Source of the DNA: Thermodesulfobacteriota bacterium
GTDB taxonomy: Bacteria; Desulfobacterota_D; UBA1144; Nemesobacterales; Mycalebacteriaceae
Reading direction: 5' to 3'
DNA length: 64,000 nucleotides
Assembly: GCA_965205855.1 (NCBI GenBank)
Contig: OZ242184.1
Coordinates: forward strand, 768,001-832,000
Part shown: positions 1 to 8,692 of the stretch, piece after piece
Layout of the letters: every line of letters begins with the position of its first letter
How positions within the stretch are numbered: position 1 is the first letter of the stretch
The notes under the pieces: model-generated
What the model was told of the DNA's origin: nothing
Seen by the model: the letters and a program-made list of their open reading frames with translations, nothing else
The model's database searches: none
Made by a program: the position numbers and the translations under genes

Positions 1-209
1 AAGATATTTCACAAATATTTGCAAACTACGATTTCAGCACCGAAGTGCTTGTTGCGAGTGTGCGCCACCCAATTCATATTGTCGAGTCTGCCCTTGCAGC
101 CGCGGATGTTGTCACAATTCCCCACAAGGTTTTGATGCAGATGTTCAAACACCCGCTTTCCGATGCAGGACTTGAGAGATTTCTCACAGACTGGAAAAAG
201 AAGAAATAA
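1..209 (+). CDS. Transaldolase / fructose-6-phosphate aldolase (TalC/MipB family), 3' end only
   Basis: Frame from nt 3 reads ...[28 protein letters not shown]...[19 protein letters not shown], the typical TalC/Fsa C-terminus; TAA at 207-209. Not in the ORF track. Confidence 0.9.
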   Translation, partial: DISQIFANYDFSTEVLVASVRHPIHIVESALAAADVVTIPHKVLMQMFKHPLSDAGLERFLTDWKKKK

Positions 210-215
210 GCCTGT

Positions 216-1049
216 TTAAATCGTGCGTTCGCAGAGTCTGATTGCGAGATTTGAAAGCATGGTTTTGTCTCCGTCAAAACCTTCCAGTTCTTTCAAGGCT
301 TGTTGCGTAAGACTGCGCGCTTTTTCTTTTGTTTCCATCTGTGGGTCGGATTCGCATGAGTCAATGATGTCATCCATGGCTTGAAATGCGAGACCTGTTG
401 CTCTTGCATATTTAACAAGTGGTTCAATCCTGCGATTGTCCGCTTCTCCTGCGATTGCTCCGCATTTAACCGAGGCCTCAATCAGAGAGCCGGTTTTAAG
501 GGAATGGATTTTTGAAACCAGTCCTTTTTTTGCCGGTTCTTTATTTTCCAAATCCATCATTTGCCCGACCGCCATGCCAGATTTCCCAGCGGAAGCGGAG
601 AGAACCTCAACCGTTTCAGTTAGTACGGCATCCGGAAGATTGGCCGCTCTGCCTTCTTGTATGAAAAAGCCAAATGAGTCTGTAAGCAAAAGGTCTCCGG
701 CAAGTATTGCAGTTGCTTCACCAAACAATTTGTGAACGGAGGGTAACCCTCTTCTTGTGTCATCATTATCCATTGAAGGAAGGTCGTCATGTATCAGGGA
801 ATAGGCGTGAATCATTTCTATTGCGCATGCGGCCGGTATTGAAGCCTTGGGGTTTGCACCGACTGATTCACATGTTGCGATACAAAGCACGGGCCTGATT
901 TTTTTCCCATTTCTCAGCGTATGCGCAACCGCATCCGCAAGTTTGGAATGTTTGTTTTTGACTGATGAAATATAGCCTTCAAGGCATTTGCTTATTAGAT
1001 TTTTCTTACCTTTGATGTACAGGTCGGTCTCTGAGAAGTTATGTTTCAT
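216..1049 (-). CDS. ispA: Geranyltranstransferase / farnesyl diphosphate synthase (polyprenyl synthetase)
   Basis: GKKIRP, EMIHAYSLIHDDLPSMDNDDTRRG, AILAGD, GQMMD, KTG, FQxxDDIID; follows xseB as usual. Confidence 0.9.
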   Translation of the reverse strand: MKHNFSETDLYIKGKKNLISKCLEGYISSVKNKHSKLADAVAHTLRNGKKIRPVLCIATCESVGANPKASIPAACAIEMIHAYSLIHDDLPSMDNDDTRRGLPSVHKLFGEATAILAGDLLLTDSFGFFIQEGRAANLPDAVLTETVEVLSASAGKSGMAVGQMMDLENKEPAKKGLVSKIHSLKTGSLIEASVKCGAIAGEADNRRIEPLVKYARATGLAFQAMDDIIDSCESDPQMETKEKARSLTQQALKELEGFDGDKTMLSNLAIRLCERTI

Positions 1050-1066
1050 GGAAGCCGGAGTTGCTT

Positions 1067-1252
1067 TTATTCGGGGGCTTTTTTTTCAAGTATCTTAATT
1101 TTTTTTTCAGTTTCCTCAAGGATAAGACGGCATTCTTTTATGATTTTCACCCCGTTTTCAAATTCCTGTATCATTTTTTCCAGGGGGATATCTTTTGCCT
1201 CAAGAGAGTCCGAGATTTCCTTTATTTTTTGCATTTTTTTCTCAAATGACAT
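1067..1252 (-). CDS. xseB: Exodeoxyribonuclease VII small subunit
   Basis: SFE...LE...IPLE.....FENGV.....C...LE..E.KI..L pattern; xseB-ispA synteny. Confidence 0.88.
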   Translation of the reverse strand: MSFEKKMQKIKEISDSLEAKDIPLEKMIQEFENGVKIIKECRLILEETEKKIKILEKKAPE

Positions 1253-1265
1253 ATTTTCGTGTTTG

Positions 1266-1342
<77 letters not shown>

Positions 1343-1359
1343 ATAGATTGATTGTTTTT

Positions 1360-1387
1360 ATCCTACACGGTTTTCCGCTACGGTCAA
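1360..1387 (-). promoter_or_regulatory. Putative sigma70 promoter for tRNA-fMet-xseB-ispA
   Basis: TTGACC-N16-TAGGAT ending 17 nt upstream of the tRNA 5' end. Confidence 0.45.
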
Positions 1388-2292
1388 TGTTTTCCTTGCG
1401 CCGCGGACATTATCTTTTCGGCTATCTTATCTCCTGTTTTCGGGCCTTCTTTTTCATTTGCTTCAATGTTCTCTCTATGGATTTTTTCACTGTCCGGCGA
1501 TATCATAAAAGCGGAGACTTGTATTATATTTCTGTTTTTTCTGGCGTAACACCCTGCGGGAATTGAGCAGTCTCCGCCCAATTTGTGAAGAAATGACCTT
1601 TCAACTTCCACACACAATCGCGACTGTCCACACTCAATCATTTTTATCAAACCGATGGTTTTTAAATCTTTTTCCCTACACTCAACCGCAAGAGCTCCCT
1701 GCCCAGGAGACGGAACAAAGTCTTCAGGGTTCAGGATTTGGACGGTGCGGTTTTTAATTTGAAGCCTTTTAAGCGCGGCAGTGGCAAGTACAAGTGCGTC
1801 AACCTTTCCGGAGTCCATCTTTGCTATTCTTGTTCCTATATTGCCGCTTATCGGTTCAACCGAAATATCGGAACGCATATCAAGGATCTGAAATTTTCTT
1901 CTAAAACTGCCGGTTCCGATTTTTGCTCCTTTGTTCAAGCGTTCAAAACTGATGCCGCTGTCTTTTCCTTTTGGAAACAAAATACAGTCAGATGGGTCTT
2001 CCCTTTTCGGAACCGAGCCGATTGTCAGTCCGTCCGGAAGAATGGATGGCAGGTCTTTCATACTGTGAACCGCTATGTGAATTGAGCCGTCAAGGAGCGC
2101 TTGCTCAATCTCTCTGACAAAAGCTCCCTTGCCTCCCGGTTCTGAAAATGGCCTCTCCCGATTGTCTCCAGAAGTTTTAATAAAGACAAATTCCATTTCC
2201 AGTTCGGGGAATTTCTCTTTCAAAAGATTGGCTATTTCCGCAGACTGAATTCTGGCAAGCGGGCTACTTCTGCTTCCAATTTTCATTTTCAT
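1384..2292 (-). CDS. hemC: Porphobilinogen deaminase (hydroxymethylbilane synthase)
   Basis: IGSRSSPLA..Q, GGKGAFVREIE, AVHSMKD, PSPGQGALAVE, LGGDC (cofactor Cys); start moved to MKMKIG (2292). Confidence 0.95.
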   Translation of the reverse strand: MKMKIGSRSSPLARIQSAEIANLLKEKFPELEMEFVFIKTSGDNRERPFSEPGGKGAFVREIEQALLDGSIHIAVHSMKDLPSILPDGLTIGSVPKREDPSDCILFPKGKDSGISFERLNKGAKIGTGSFRRKFQILDMRSDISVEPISGNIGTRIAKMDSGKVDALVLATAALKRLQIKNRTVQILNPEDFVPSPGQGALAVECREKDLKTIGLIKMIECGQSRLCVEVERSFLHKLGGDCSIPAGCYARKNRNIIQVSAFMISPDSEKIHRENIEANEKEGPKTGDKIAEKIMSAAQGKH

Positions 2293-3610
2293 ACGAGTAC
2301 TCGGAATCTTCCCCAGATAGTTCAAAAAGATTTCTTGCCATCTCAACATAGACGCCCGGTTCCCTGGAGTTTGAGGCTTCTTTTTTCAGTTTTGTAACCG
2401 GTTTGTGCAGAAATTTTTCCTTTATTCTCCGCACTAAAGACCATAGGATTTCATCCCTTTTTTTCTTGTCACAGTCGCCGGTTTTCTCAAGTGAGTTAAT
2501 TTTAGAAATGGCTTTCAAAGTCTCTTCTTTGACCATTTCTTCAGTCTGTTTTCTGAACTCCACTATGAGGGGAAAAGCTTTGAGCCCTTTCTGCCATAAT
2601 ACAAATTTGTCGGCGGCAATTTTTATCATTTCCTCCGCTTCATCAAGGCTTTTACGTAAACTGTCGAGGTTCTTGTCCACAATGTTCTGAAGGTCATCCA
2701 TGTCGTAGAGAAAAACACCCTCAATGTCCTTTATTTTCGGGTCAATGTCGCGCGGAAATGCTATGTCAATCAAAGAAATGGGCTCATTTTTTCTTAGTTT
2801 CATAATATCGGTAATGTCTTCCGTCTTCAGTATGTAATCCGATGAGCTGGTCGCGGATATGACTATGTCAGTCTTTCTCATCCACTTGTTTATCTCTCCA
2901 AGGCTCAGCGTGGTTCCTCCAAGCGATGAGGCAAGTTTTGTCGCTTCTTGAATATTTCTGCCAGCAATTCTCATCTCCATTACTCCTCTTTTCACGAGTT
3001 GAGTCGCCGCTTCCGCGGCTGCCTCACCCGTTCCCACAACCATTACGGAACATTTTTCAATTTCACCAAAAATGTTTCTTGCCAATTTGACGGCTACGGA
3101 GCTGACCGAAACCATATGGGAACCGACTCCGGTTTGATTCTTAATTTTCTTTACGGTGAAAAAAGCACTCTGGAAAAGTTTGTTCAATTTGAGTCCCGCT
3201 GTGCCGGCTTTATGGGCAGTTTCATACGCGCGTTTTAATTGACCGAGTATTTGAGGCTCTCCAATTACCATTGAGTCCATTCCCGCCGCAACTCTATGGA
3301 GATGTCTTATCGCGTCAATCCCCTCAAGAAAATAGAAGTTTTTTTCAAGGAAGTCGCTTCGAACCCGCTCATTGAGTTCACAGAGGAAGTCTGATATTTC
3401 GTCAAGCCCTCTCTCGCAATCTCCGCAAGCCGCGTAGATTTCAACTCTGTTGCATGTGGAAACTATCACACACTCGTTTATGGACGGCTTTAATACTAGC
3501 AAATTTAAAGACTGCTCAACCTTCAGGGATGTGGAGCCAAAAGAAACCCTTTCTCGTTCTTCAATCGGAGAGGTTTTGTGGCTAATTCCAAAAACAACTA
3601 TTGTATCCAT
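2264..3610 (-). CDS. hemA: Glutamyl-tRNA reductase
   Basis: STCNRVE, GMDSMVIGEPQILGQ, DIAFPRDID. Confidence 0.96.
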   Translation of the reverse strand: MDTIVVFGISHKTSPIEERERVSFGSTSLKVEQSLNLLVLKPSINECVIVSTCNRVEIYAACGDCERGLDEISDFLCELNERVRSDFLEKNFYFLEGIDAIRHLHRVAAGMDSMVIGEPQILGQLKRAYETAHKAGTAGLKLNKLFQSAFFTVKKIKNQTGVGSHMVSVSSVAVKLARNIFGEIEKCSVMVVGTGEAAAEAATQLVKRGVMEMRIAGRNIQEATKLASSLGGTTLSLGEINKWMRKTDIVISATSSSDYILKTEDITDIMKLRKNEPISLIDIAFPRDIDPKIKDIEGVFLYDMDDLQNIVDKNLDSLRKSLDEAEEMIKIAADKFVLWQKGLKAFPLIVEFRKQTEEMVKEETLKAISKINSLEKTGDCDKKKRDEILWSLVRRIKEKFLHKPVTKLKKEASNSREPGVYVEMARNLFELSGEDSEYSYENENWKQK

Positions 3611-3629
3611 AACACGATTATTCCTTGTT

Positions 3630-4187
3630 CTAAAGAGAGTTCTCTCTTATAAGGCTTAGAAACTCCGTGCGCGACCGCTCATCGTCTCTAAACAGCCCGT
3701 TCATTGAACTTGTTATCATATTTGCTCTTGATTTTTCAACTCCCCGCATTGCCATGCATAGATGGTATCCTTTTACGACCACCGCCACACCTTTGGGTGA
3801 AAGCGCTTCTTTTAGCAAGTTGGCAATCTGAACGGTCATTCTCTCTTGAACCTGAAGTCGCCTTGAAAATACTTCAACGATACGTGGTATTTTACTCAAA
3901 CCAATAATTTTTCCATTCGGAATATAAGCGACATGACACCTTCCGAAGAACGGCAGCATATGGTGTTCGCAGAGGCTGTAAAATTCTATGTCCTTCACAA
4001 GAACCATCTCATCATACTTTATGTTATAAATTGCCTCACGGGCTATTTTAAAAGGGTCCTTTCCATATCCAGACGTTACTTCTTCGAGCATTTTTTCAAT
4101 TCGTTCTGGAGTGCCCTGAAGTCCTTCTCTTGAAGGGTCTTCACCTATCTCTTTCAGAATTTTGATTATAGGGTCTTGAATTTCCAT
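3630..4187 (-). CDS. folE: GTP cyclohydrolase I
   Basis: [48 protein letters not shown]. Confidence 0.97.
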   Translation of the reverse strand: MEIQDPIIKILKEIGEDPSREGLQGTPERIEKMLEEVTSGYGKDPFKIAREAIYNIKYDEMVLVKDIEFYSLCEHHMLPFFGRCHVAYIPNGKIIGLSKIPRIVEVFSRRLQVQERMTVQIANLLKEALSPKGVAVVVKGYHLCMAMRGVEKSRANMITSSMNGLFRDDERSRTEFLSLIRENSL

Positions 4188-4191
4188 TGAG

Positions 4192-5739
4192 TTACTTTCC
4201 TCTTGTTATGTTGTAATTTTGACCGTTCATCTGAGAAATGAAGTGCTTTGCTCCGGGCTCAATTCGTGATAGAAACGGTTTTGGGTACACTCCCATAAAT
4301 ATTATCACCGCAATCAGTGGCAGCATTACTGTCAACTCCCTGATATTGATATCGGTAATCCGCTTGTTTTCTTCCCTATTCAACGGACCGAAAAATACAT
4401 TCTGAACGGCTTTCAGCATATAGACTGCGCCAAGAACTATTCCAGATGTCCCAAGCGCGCCGTATACATAGTTTTCTTTGAATGCTCCGAGAAGAATTAG
4501 AAATTCTCCCACAAACCCATTGAGCAGAGGAAGCCCGATTGACGCGAGTGAACAAAGGATAAAAAATGCCGCGAACAAAGGCATTGACGATGCTACTCCG
4601 CCGAACTCGTTTATTTTTTTTGTATGCCTTCTCTCGTAAACCATACCTACCAGAATAAACAAGGAACCCGTCGAAATTCCATGTGACAGCATATGGAAGA
4701 TACCGCCCTGAAGCCCTTGAATGTTCAAAAGGGTTATGCCAAGAACTATGATTCCCATGTGGCTGATGCTTGAGTAGGCGACGAGTTTTTTGATGTCTTT
4801 TTGAGAGAAAGCCACAAGTGCTCCGTAGATAATGCCCGCTATGCCCGCGATTGAAAGAACCGGCATAAATGCTTGTGCAGCTTCGGGGAAAAAAGGAAAC
4901 AGGAATCTTAAAATTCCGTAAATTCCTAGCTTTAGAAGTATACCCGCAAGTATGACACTACCTGCGGTTGGGGCCTCAACATGGGCGTCGGGCAACCATG
5001 TGTGGAAAGGTACGACCGGAACCTTTATTGCAAAAGCGAGCAGAAAGGCACTGAACAAAAGCCCTTGAGGGCTGAAGAAGCCGTAAAAAACCGTTGAAAC
5101 CTTTTGTAAATCGGCTATCGCCATTGAAGCGTATCCAAACTGGTGTATGTGCTCGCTATAAAGATAGAAAATTGCTCCCAGCATCAGGGTGCTTCCAAAT
5201 GCCGTATAGATGAAAAACTTTACGGCGGCATAAATCCTTCTTTCCGTTCCCCAGACGCCTATAAGGAAATACATCGGTATAAGAGCGGCTTCCCAGAAAA
5301 GGAAAAACAGAATCATATCCGCTGAGACCAGAGTTCCGATAATCGCTGTCTCTATTACAAGCAGAAGGGAGAAAAACCCCTTTGTTTTTCTTTTGGTTGT
5401 GTTCCAAGAGCTGAGAACCGCCAGAGGAGAGAGAAAAGTTGTCAGAAGCACAAGCATAACGCTGAGCCAGTCAACGCCCGCTTCATAGCGGATTCCCAAT
5501 CCGGGTATCCAGTCAGCGCTTTGGCGGAATTGCATACCTTCAGCGTCGGGTGAAAAATTTACAAATAACGGTATCGAAAGTAGAAAAGTAACCGCGCTCA
5601 AAACAAGAATAGCACGTTTGAAAATTTCGTCCGAGATATTAAGAAAAAAGCCGTATAGAAGAAGAAAGCACGTCCCCACAAGCGGCAGGAAAGTTATAAC
5701 AACCAGGTTGCCTTCAAAAACCGTATTGAGATATGACAA
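4192..5739 (-). CDS. nuoM: NADH-quinone oxidoreductase subunit M (antiporter-like), stand-alone
   Basis: [65 protein letters not shown]...GFVGEF. Confidence 0.93.
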   Translation of the reverse strand: MSYLNTVFEGNLVVITFLPLVGTCFLLLYGFFLNISDEIFKRAILVLSAVTFLLSIPLFVNFSPDAEGMQFRQSADWIPGLGIRYEAGVDWLSVMLVLLTTFLSPLAVLSSWNTTKRKTKGFFSLLLVIETAIIGTLVSADMILFFLFWEAALIPMYFLIGVWGTERRIYAAVKFFIYTAFGSTLMLGAIFYLYSEHIHQFGYASMAIADLQKVSTVFYGFFSPQGLLFSAFLLAFAIKVPVVPFHTWLPDAHVEAPTAGSVILAGILLKLGIYGILRFLFPFFPEAAQAFMPVLSIAGIAGIIYGALVAFSQKDIKKLVAYSSISHMGIIVLGITLLNIQGLQGGIFHMLSHGISTGSLFILVGMVYERRHTKKINEFGGVASSMPLFAAFFILCSLASIGLPLLNGFVGEFLILLGAFKENYVYGALGTSGIVLGAVYMLKAVQNVFFGPLNREENKRITDINIRELTVMLPLIAVIIFMGVYPKPFLSRIEPGAKHFISQMNGQNYNITRGK

Positions 5740-5876
5740 GAGAGTCAGCTCCGAAAAGCCGCCGATTAGGCGCGCTTGCAGGATACTAATCTATAGTGTT
5801 GATACAGGCAACTCAAGCTCCGTTTCTATGTTATGGCACACAATTCATAATATAATTCAAGGCTCGGTAACATTCT

Positions 5877-7502
5877 GTGCCTTTTGACTATAAAACACTG
5901 TGTGATTCGTGGAAATGGGAAATCCCGCGCAAGTTTAATCTTGGAGTGGACTGTTCAGACATGTATGCCGCAAACCCTGACTTTGCGGACAAACCTGCGT
6001 TGATATGGGAAAGCGGAGAAGGATTTACAAAGATTTACACTTTCTCGGACCTCAGAGCCGTTACAAACAAGATTGCAAACGTTTTTCTTGCCTCCGGCGT
6101 TTCCGTCAAAGACAGAGTTTTAATAATGCTTGACAATGTCGCTGAGTTTCCTTTTTCGTTCCTAGGGGCTTTGAAAATCGGCGCCGTTCCCGTTCCGGCA
6201 AGTACGATGCTTACTGAAGATGAAGTTGCTTATATCCTTCAGGACAGCGGCGCCAAAGCCGCGGTAACCTCTCCGGAACTATACGGGCGGATTGAACCCG
6301 CACGGACATCAAGCCCGGATTTACAGACCGTTTTCATTACGGGAGGAAGTCCGCCTTCTCATTGCCTAAGCCTTGATAATCTCCAACGCAAATTCCCTTC
6401 GGACATTAAGTCCCCAAACACTTCCTCCGAAGATATTGCTTATATATGCTACACATCGGGTACCACCGGAGAACCAAAAGGAGTTGCCCACGCTCACAGA
6501 TGTATCATTGGTCGTGACCCGGCGGCAATTTTCTGGCAGGGAGTGAAGTCTCAGCCCACGGTTTTTCACGCCGGAAAACTCAACTGGACTTACACTCTTG
6601 GCGCAGGATGTCTTGACCCCTGGAGGCATGGTTGCACATCTGTAATCTACGGAGGTGACTATGATCCATTGAAGATGTTTGATGTTATGGCAAAGCATCA
6701 AGTGAATGTCTTTATGGCCGTTCCAACCGTTTACAGACAGATGCACAGAGCGGCGAAAGGTGTTTCCGTGGAACTTTCAAGCGTCCGACACTGTCTGAGC
6801 GCCGGGGAGAGCCTCAGCGCCGAGCTTTTTTCCGCATGGAAGAATGACTTTGGGGTTTCTCTTTATGACGGACTCGGGATGAGTGAGTTCAGTTACTATG
6901 TGTCAAATATGGTGGGTATGGAAATAAAGCCCGGGTCTCCGGGAAGACCACAGCCGGGGAGAAACTGTTTCCTGGCAGATTTGGAAACCGGTGAACGGAC
7001 CGACCCCGGCGAACCGGGTGTTCTGGCTTCCTCTCCAAATGACCCGGGGATAATGCTTGGTTATTGGAACCGCCCCGAAGAGATGCGGAAAGTGTTTTCA
7101 CAAACGGGAGATTTTATAAGCGGGGATTGGTTTACGGCCGATGATGACGGTTATCTCTGGCCTCTTGGCAGAAAAGATGACATGATAAACAGCTTCGGCT
7201 ACAGAATATCCCCATTTGAGATTGAAGCTGCTCTTTCAAAACACAACAAGGTTGGTGATTGCGCCGCGGCGGGAATTGATGCGAGAGGAGGAAAAACTAT
7301 TGTCGCGGCATTTGTTGTTGTCAAAGAAGGCGTCGAACAGTCCCATGACTCTCTGAAAAAGGAATTTGGGAATTTTCTGAAAAACCGTCTTGCCAGGTAT
7401 AAAATTCCCAAAGAGATATATTTTACCGACTCAATACCGCTTACAAAAAATGGAAAAAAACAGCGCGGGCAACTGCGCGAACAGTTTGGCAAAGCGGGAT
7501 GA
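5877..7502 (+). CDS. Acyl-/aryl-CoA synthetase (AMP-binding ANL family)
   Basis: YTSGTTGEPKG P-loop, SAGE, DGLGMSE, SGD, GRKDDMI...GYRISPFEIE, PLTKNGK. Confidence 0.9.
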   Translation: MPFDYKTLCDSWKWEIPRKFNLGVDCSDMYAANPDFADKPALIWESGEGFTKIYTFSDLRAVTNKIANVFLASGVSVKDRVLIMLDNVAEFPFSFLGALKIGAVPVPASTMLTEDEVAYILQDSGAKAAVTSPELYGRIEPARTSSPDLQTVFITGGSPPSHCLSLDNLQRKFPSDIKSPNTSSEDIAYICYTSGTTGEPKGVAHAHRCIIGRDPAAIFWQGVKSQPTVFHAGKLNWTYTLGAGCLDPWRHGCTSVIYGGDYDPLKMFDVMAKHQVNVFMAVPTVYRQMHRAAKGVSVELSSVRHCLSAGESLSAELFSAWKNDFGVSLYDGLGMSEFSYYVSNMVGMEIKPGSPGRPQPGRNCFLADLETGERTDPGEPGVLASSPNDPGIMLGYWNRPEEMRKVFSQTGDFISGDWFTADDDGYLWPLGRKDDMINSFGYRISPFEIEAALSKHNKVGDCAAAGIDARGGKTIVAAFVVVKEGVEQSHDSLKKEFGNFLKNRLARYKIPKEIYFTDSIPLTKNGKKQRGQLREQFGKAG

Positions 7503-7505
7503 GCA

Positions 7506-8444
7506 TTAACCCGCATATGCGGAGCAGGTGATTTTCATTACCTCAATGCTGCTCTGTTTTCCTACCGCTCCGGGCACAATAATCGGAAGGTCCACCCCGG
7601 CCTGCCTGTATGCATCAAGTTTTTCCATACACCGGGAAGCGGGGCCCACAAGCGCGACCGCGTCAACAAGTTCGTTCGTGAACGCTTCATGAGGTTTCTT
7701 TCCGGCTTTTATCTCTTCAATCACTTTGCCGTGGCCTATGTTTTTTATAAGGCGCTGGTAGAAAGGAAAACGAGCGTAGGGAGAAAGCCCGTGTTTTGCG
7801 GCTTTGACAGCGTCTTGCAGGTTGTCCGAAATAAATGATGGGATTCCGTTTGTAATTTCAATCTCGGATATGTCTCTGCCAGCCTCTTTCGCGCCTTCGG
7901 CAACATGCTTTTTGAGTTCTTTTATATAATCGGGCGGCGACATATATGGCATAAGCCCGTCCGCCAAAGTTCCCGCGAGATGCGCAGAGGAACTCGTCAG
8001 CCCGGCCATGTAAAGGGGAAACGGTTCGACATTGCGTTTGATGGTAAGCAGGTCGGAACTGCCGTCCGTAAAAGGCCTGATTTCCGTAATGTAGTTTTTC
8101 ATAGCTTCAATAGGGTCGCCCATGTCTATCCCAAATTTGGCGTTGACGGGTTTGTGGCTTACTCCAAGACCGAGAATCATTCTTCCGCCCGACAGTTCCT
8201 GAACCGTAAGCGCCTCGGCGGCGCAAATCACGGGCCTGCGCATGAATATGTTGGTTATCCATGTTCCGACTTTAATTTCGGATGTCGCTTCGGCAAATAC
8301 TTGCGCATTGGAAATTGCACTGTAAGGAGGAACTTCGGGAGAGAAAATTGCTTCAAAACCGGAATTCTCGGCTTCCCTTGCAAGTTCTTTCATCTCTTCA
8401 ACTTTGCATCCCCAAACTGGTGAAACAGTTGCTATGTGTGCCAT
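7506..8444 (-). CDS. Luciferase-like (LLM class) flavin- or F420-dependent oxidoreductase
   Basis: AE..GFEAIF..E, ATSEIKVGT, ELSGGRMILGLG, AG.LADG, LVGP...C..KL..Y..AGVD. Confidence 0.85.
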   Translation of the reverse strand: MAHIATVSPVWGCKVEEMKELAREAENSGFEAIFSPEVPPYSAISNAQVFAEATSEIKVGTWITNIFMRRPVICAAEALTVQELSGGRMILGLGVSHKPVNAKFGIDMGDPIEAMKNYITEIRPFTDGSSDLLTIKRNVEPFPLYMAGLTSSSAHLAGTLADGLMPYMSPPDYIKELKKHVAEGAKEAGRDISEIEITNGIPSFISDNLQDAVKAAKHGLSPYARFPFYQRLIKNIGHGKVIEEIKAGKKPHEAFTNELVDAVALVGPASRCMEKLDAYRQAGVDLPIIVPGAVGKQSSIEVMKITCSAYAG

Positions 8445-8530
8445 TTCTCTCCTCCTTGTTGTTTACTAACGAATATTTAACTTCCTATAACCTAACTTAG
8501 GAACACTGGAAATTGCAACCGGTTAGGGTT

Positions 8531-8559
8531 TTGACACTTTCCTGCTCCAGCATTATAAT
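8531..8559 (+). promoter_or_regulatory. Perfect-consensus sigma70 promoter
   Basis: TTGACA (8531-8536)-N17-TATAAT (8554-8559). Confidence 0.85.
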
Positions 8560-8566
8560 ATACAGT

Positions 8567-8671
8567 ATGAAACATAGAACTGGCGGGGAAATATATATAG
8601 TTGGGATATTTGTTCTGGTTGGCTCAATCATTCTGATTGCCTCCCTTACGCACGTTTTCCTAAATCCTTGA
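8567..8671 (+). CDS. 34-aa single-transmembrane microprotein, probably leaderless
   Basis: MKHRTGGEIYIVGIFVLVGSIILIASLTHVFLNP*; ATG lies 7 nt after the -10 box; below the ORF-track cutoff. Confidence 0.6.
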   Translation: MKHRTGGEIYIVGIFVLVGSIILIASLTHVFLNP

Positions 8672-8692
8672 TATGAGAAAGAGGAAATCTCA

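Noticed and set aside
8669-8671. Selenocysteine reading of the in-frame TGA before hflX
   Set aside because: No Cys-equivalent catalytic context and no convincing bacterial SECIS; only generic readthrough is kept as a hypothesis.
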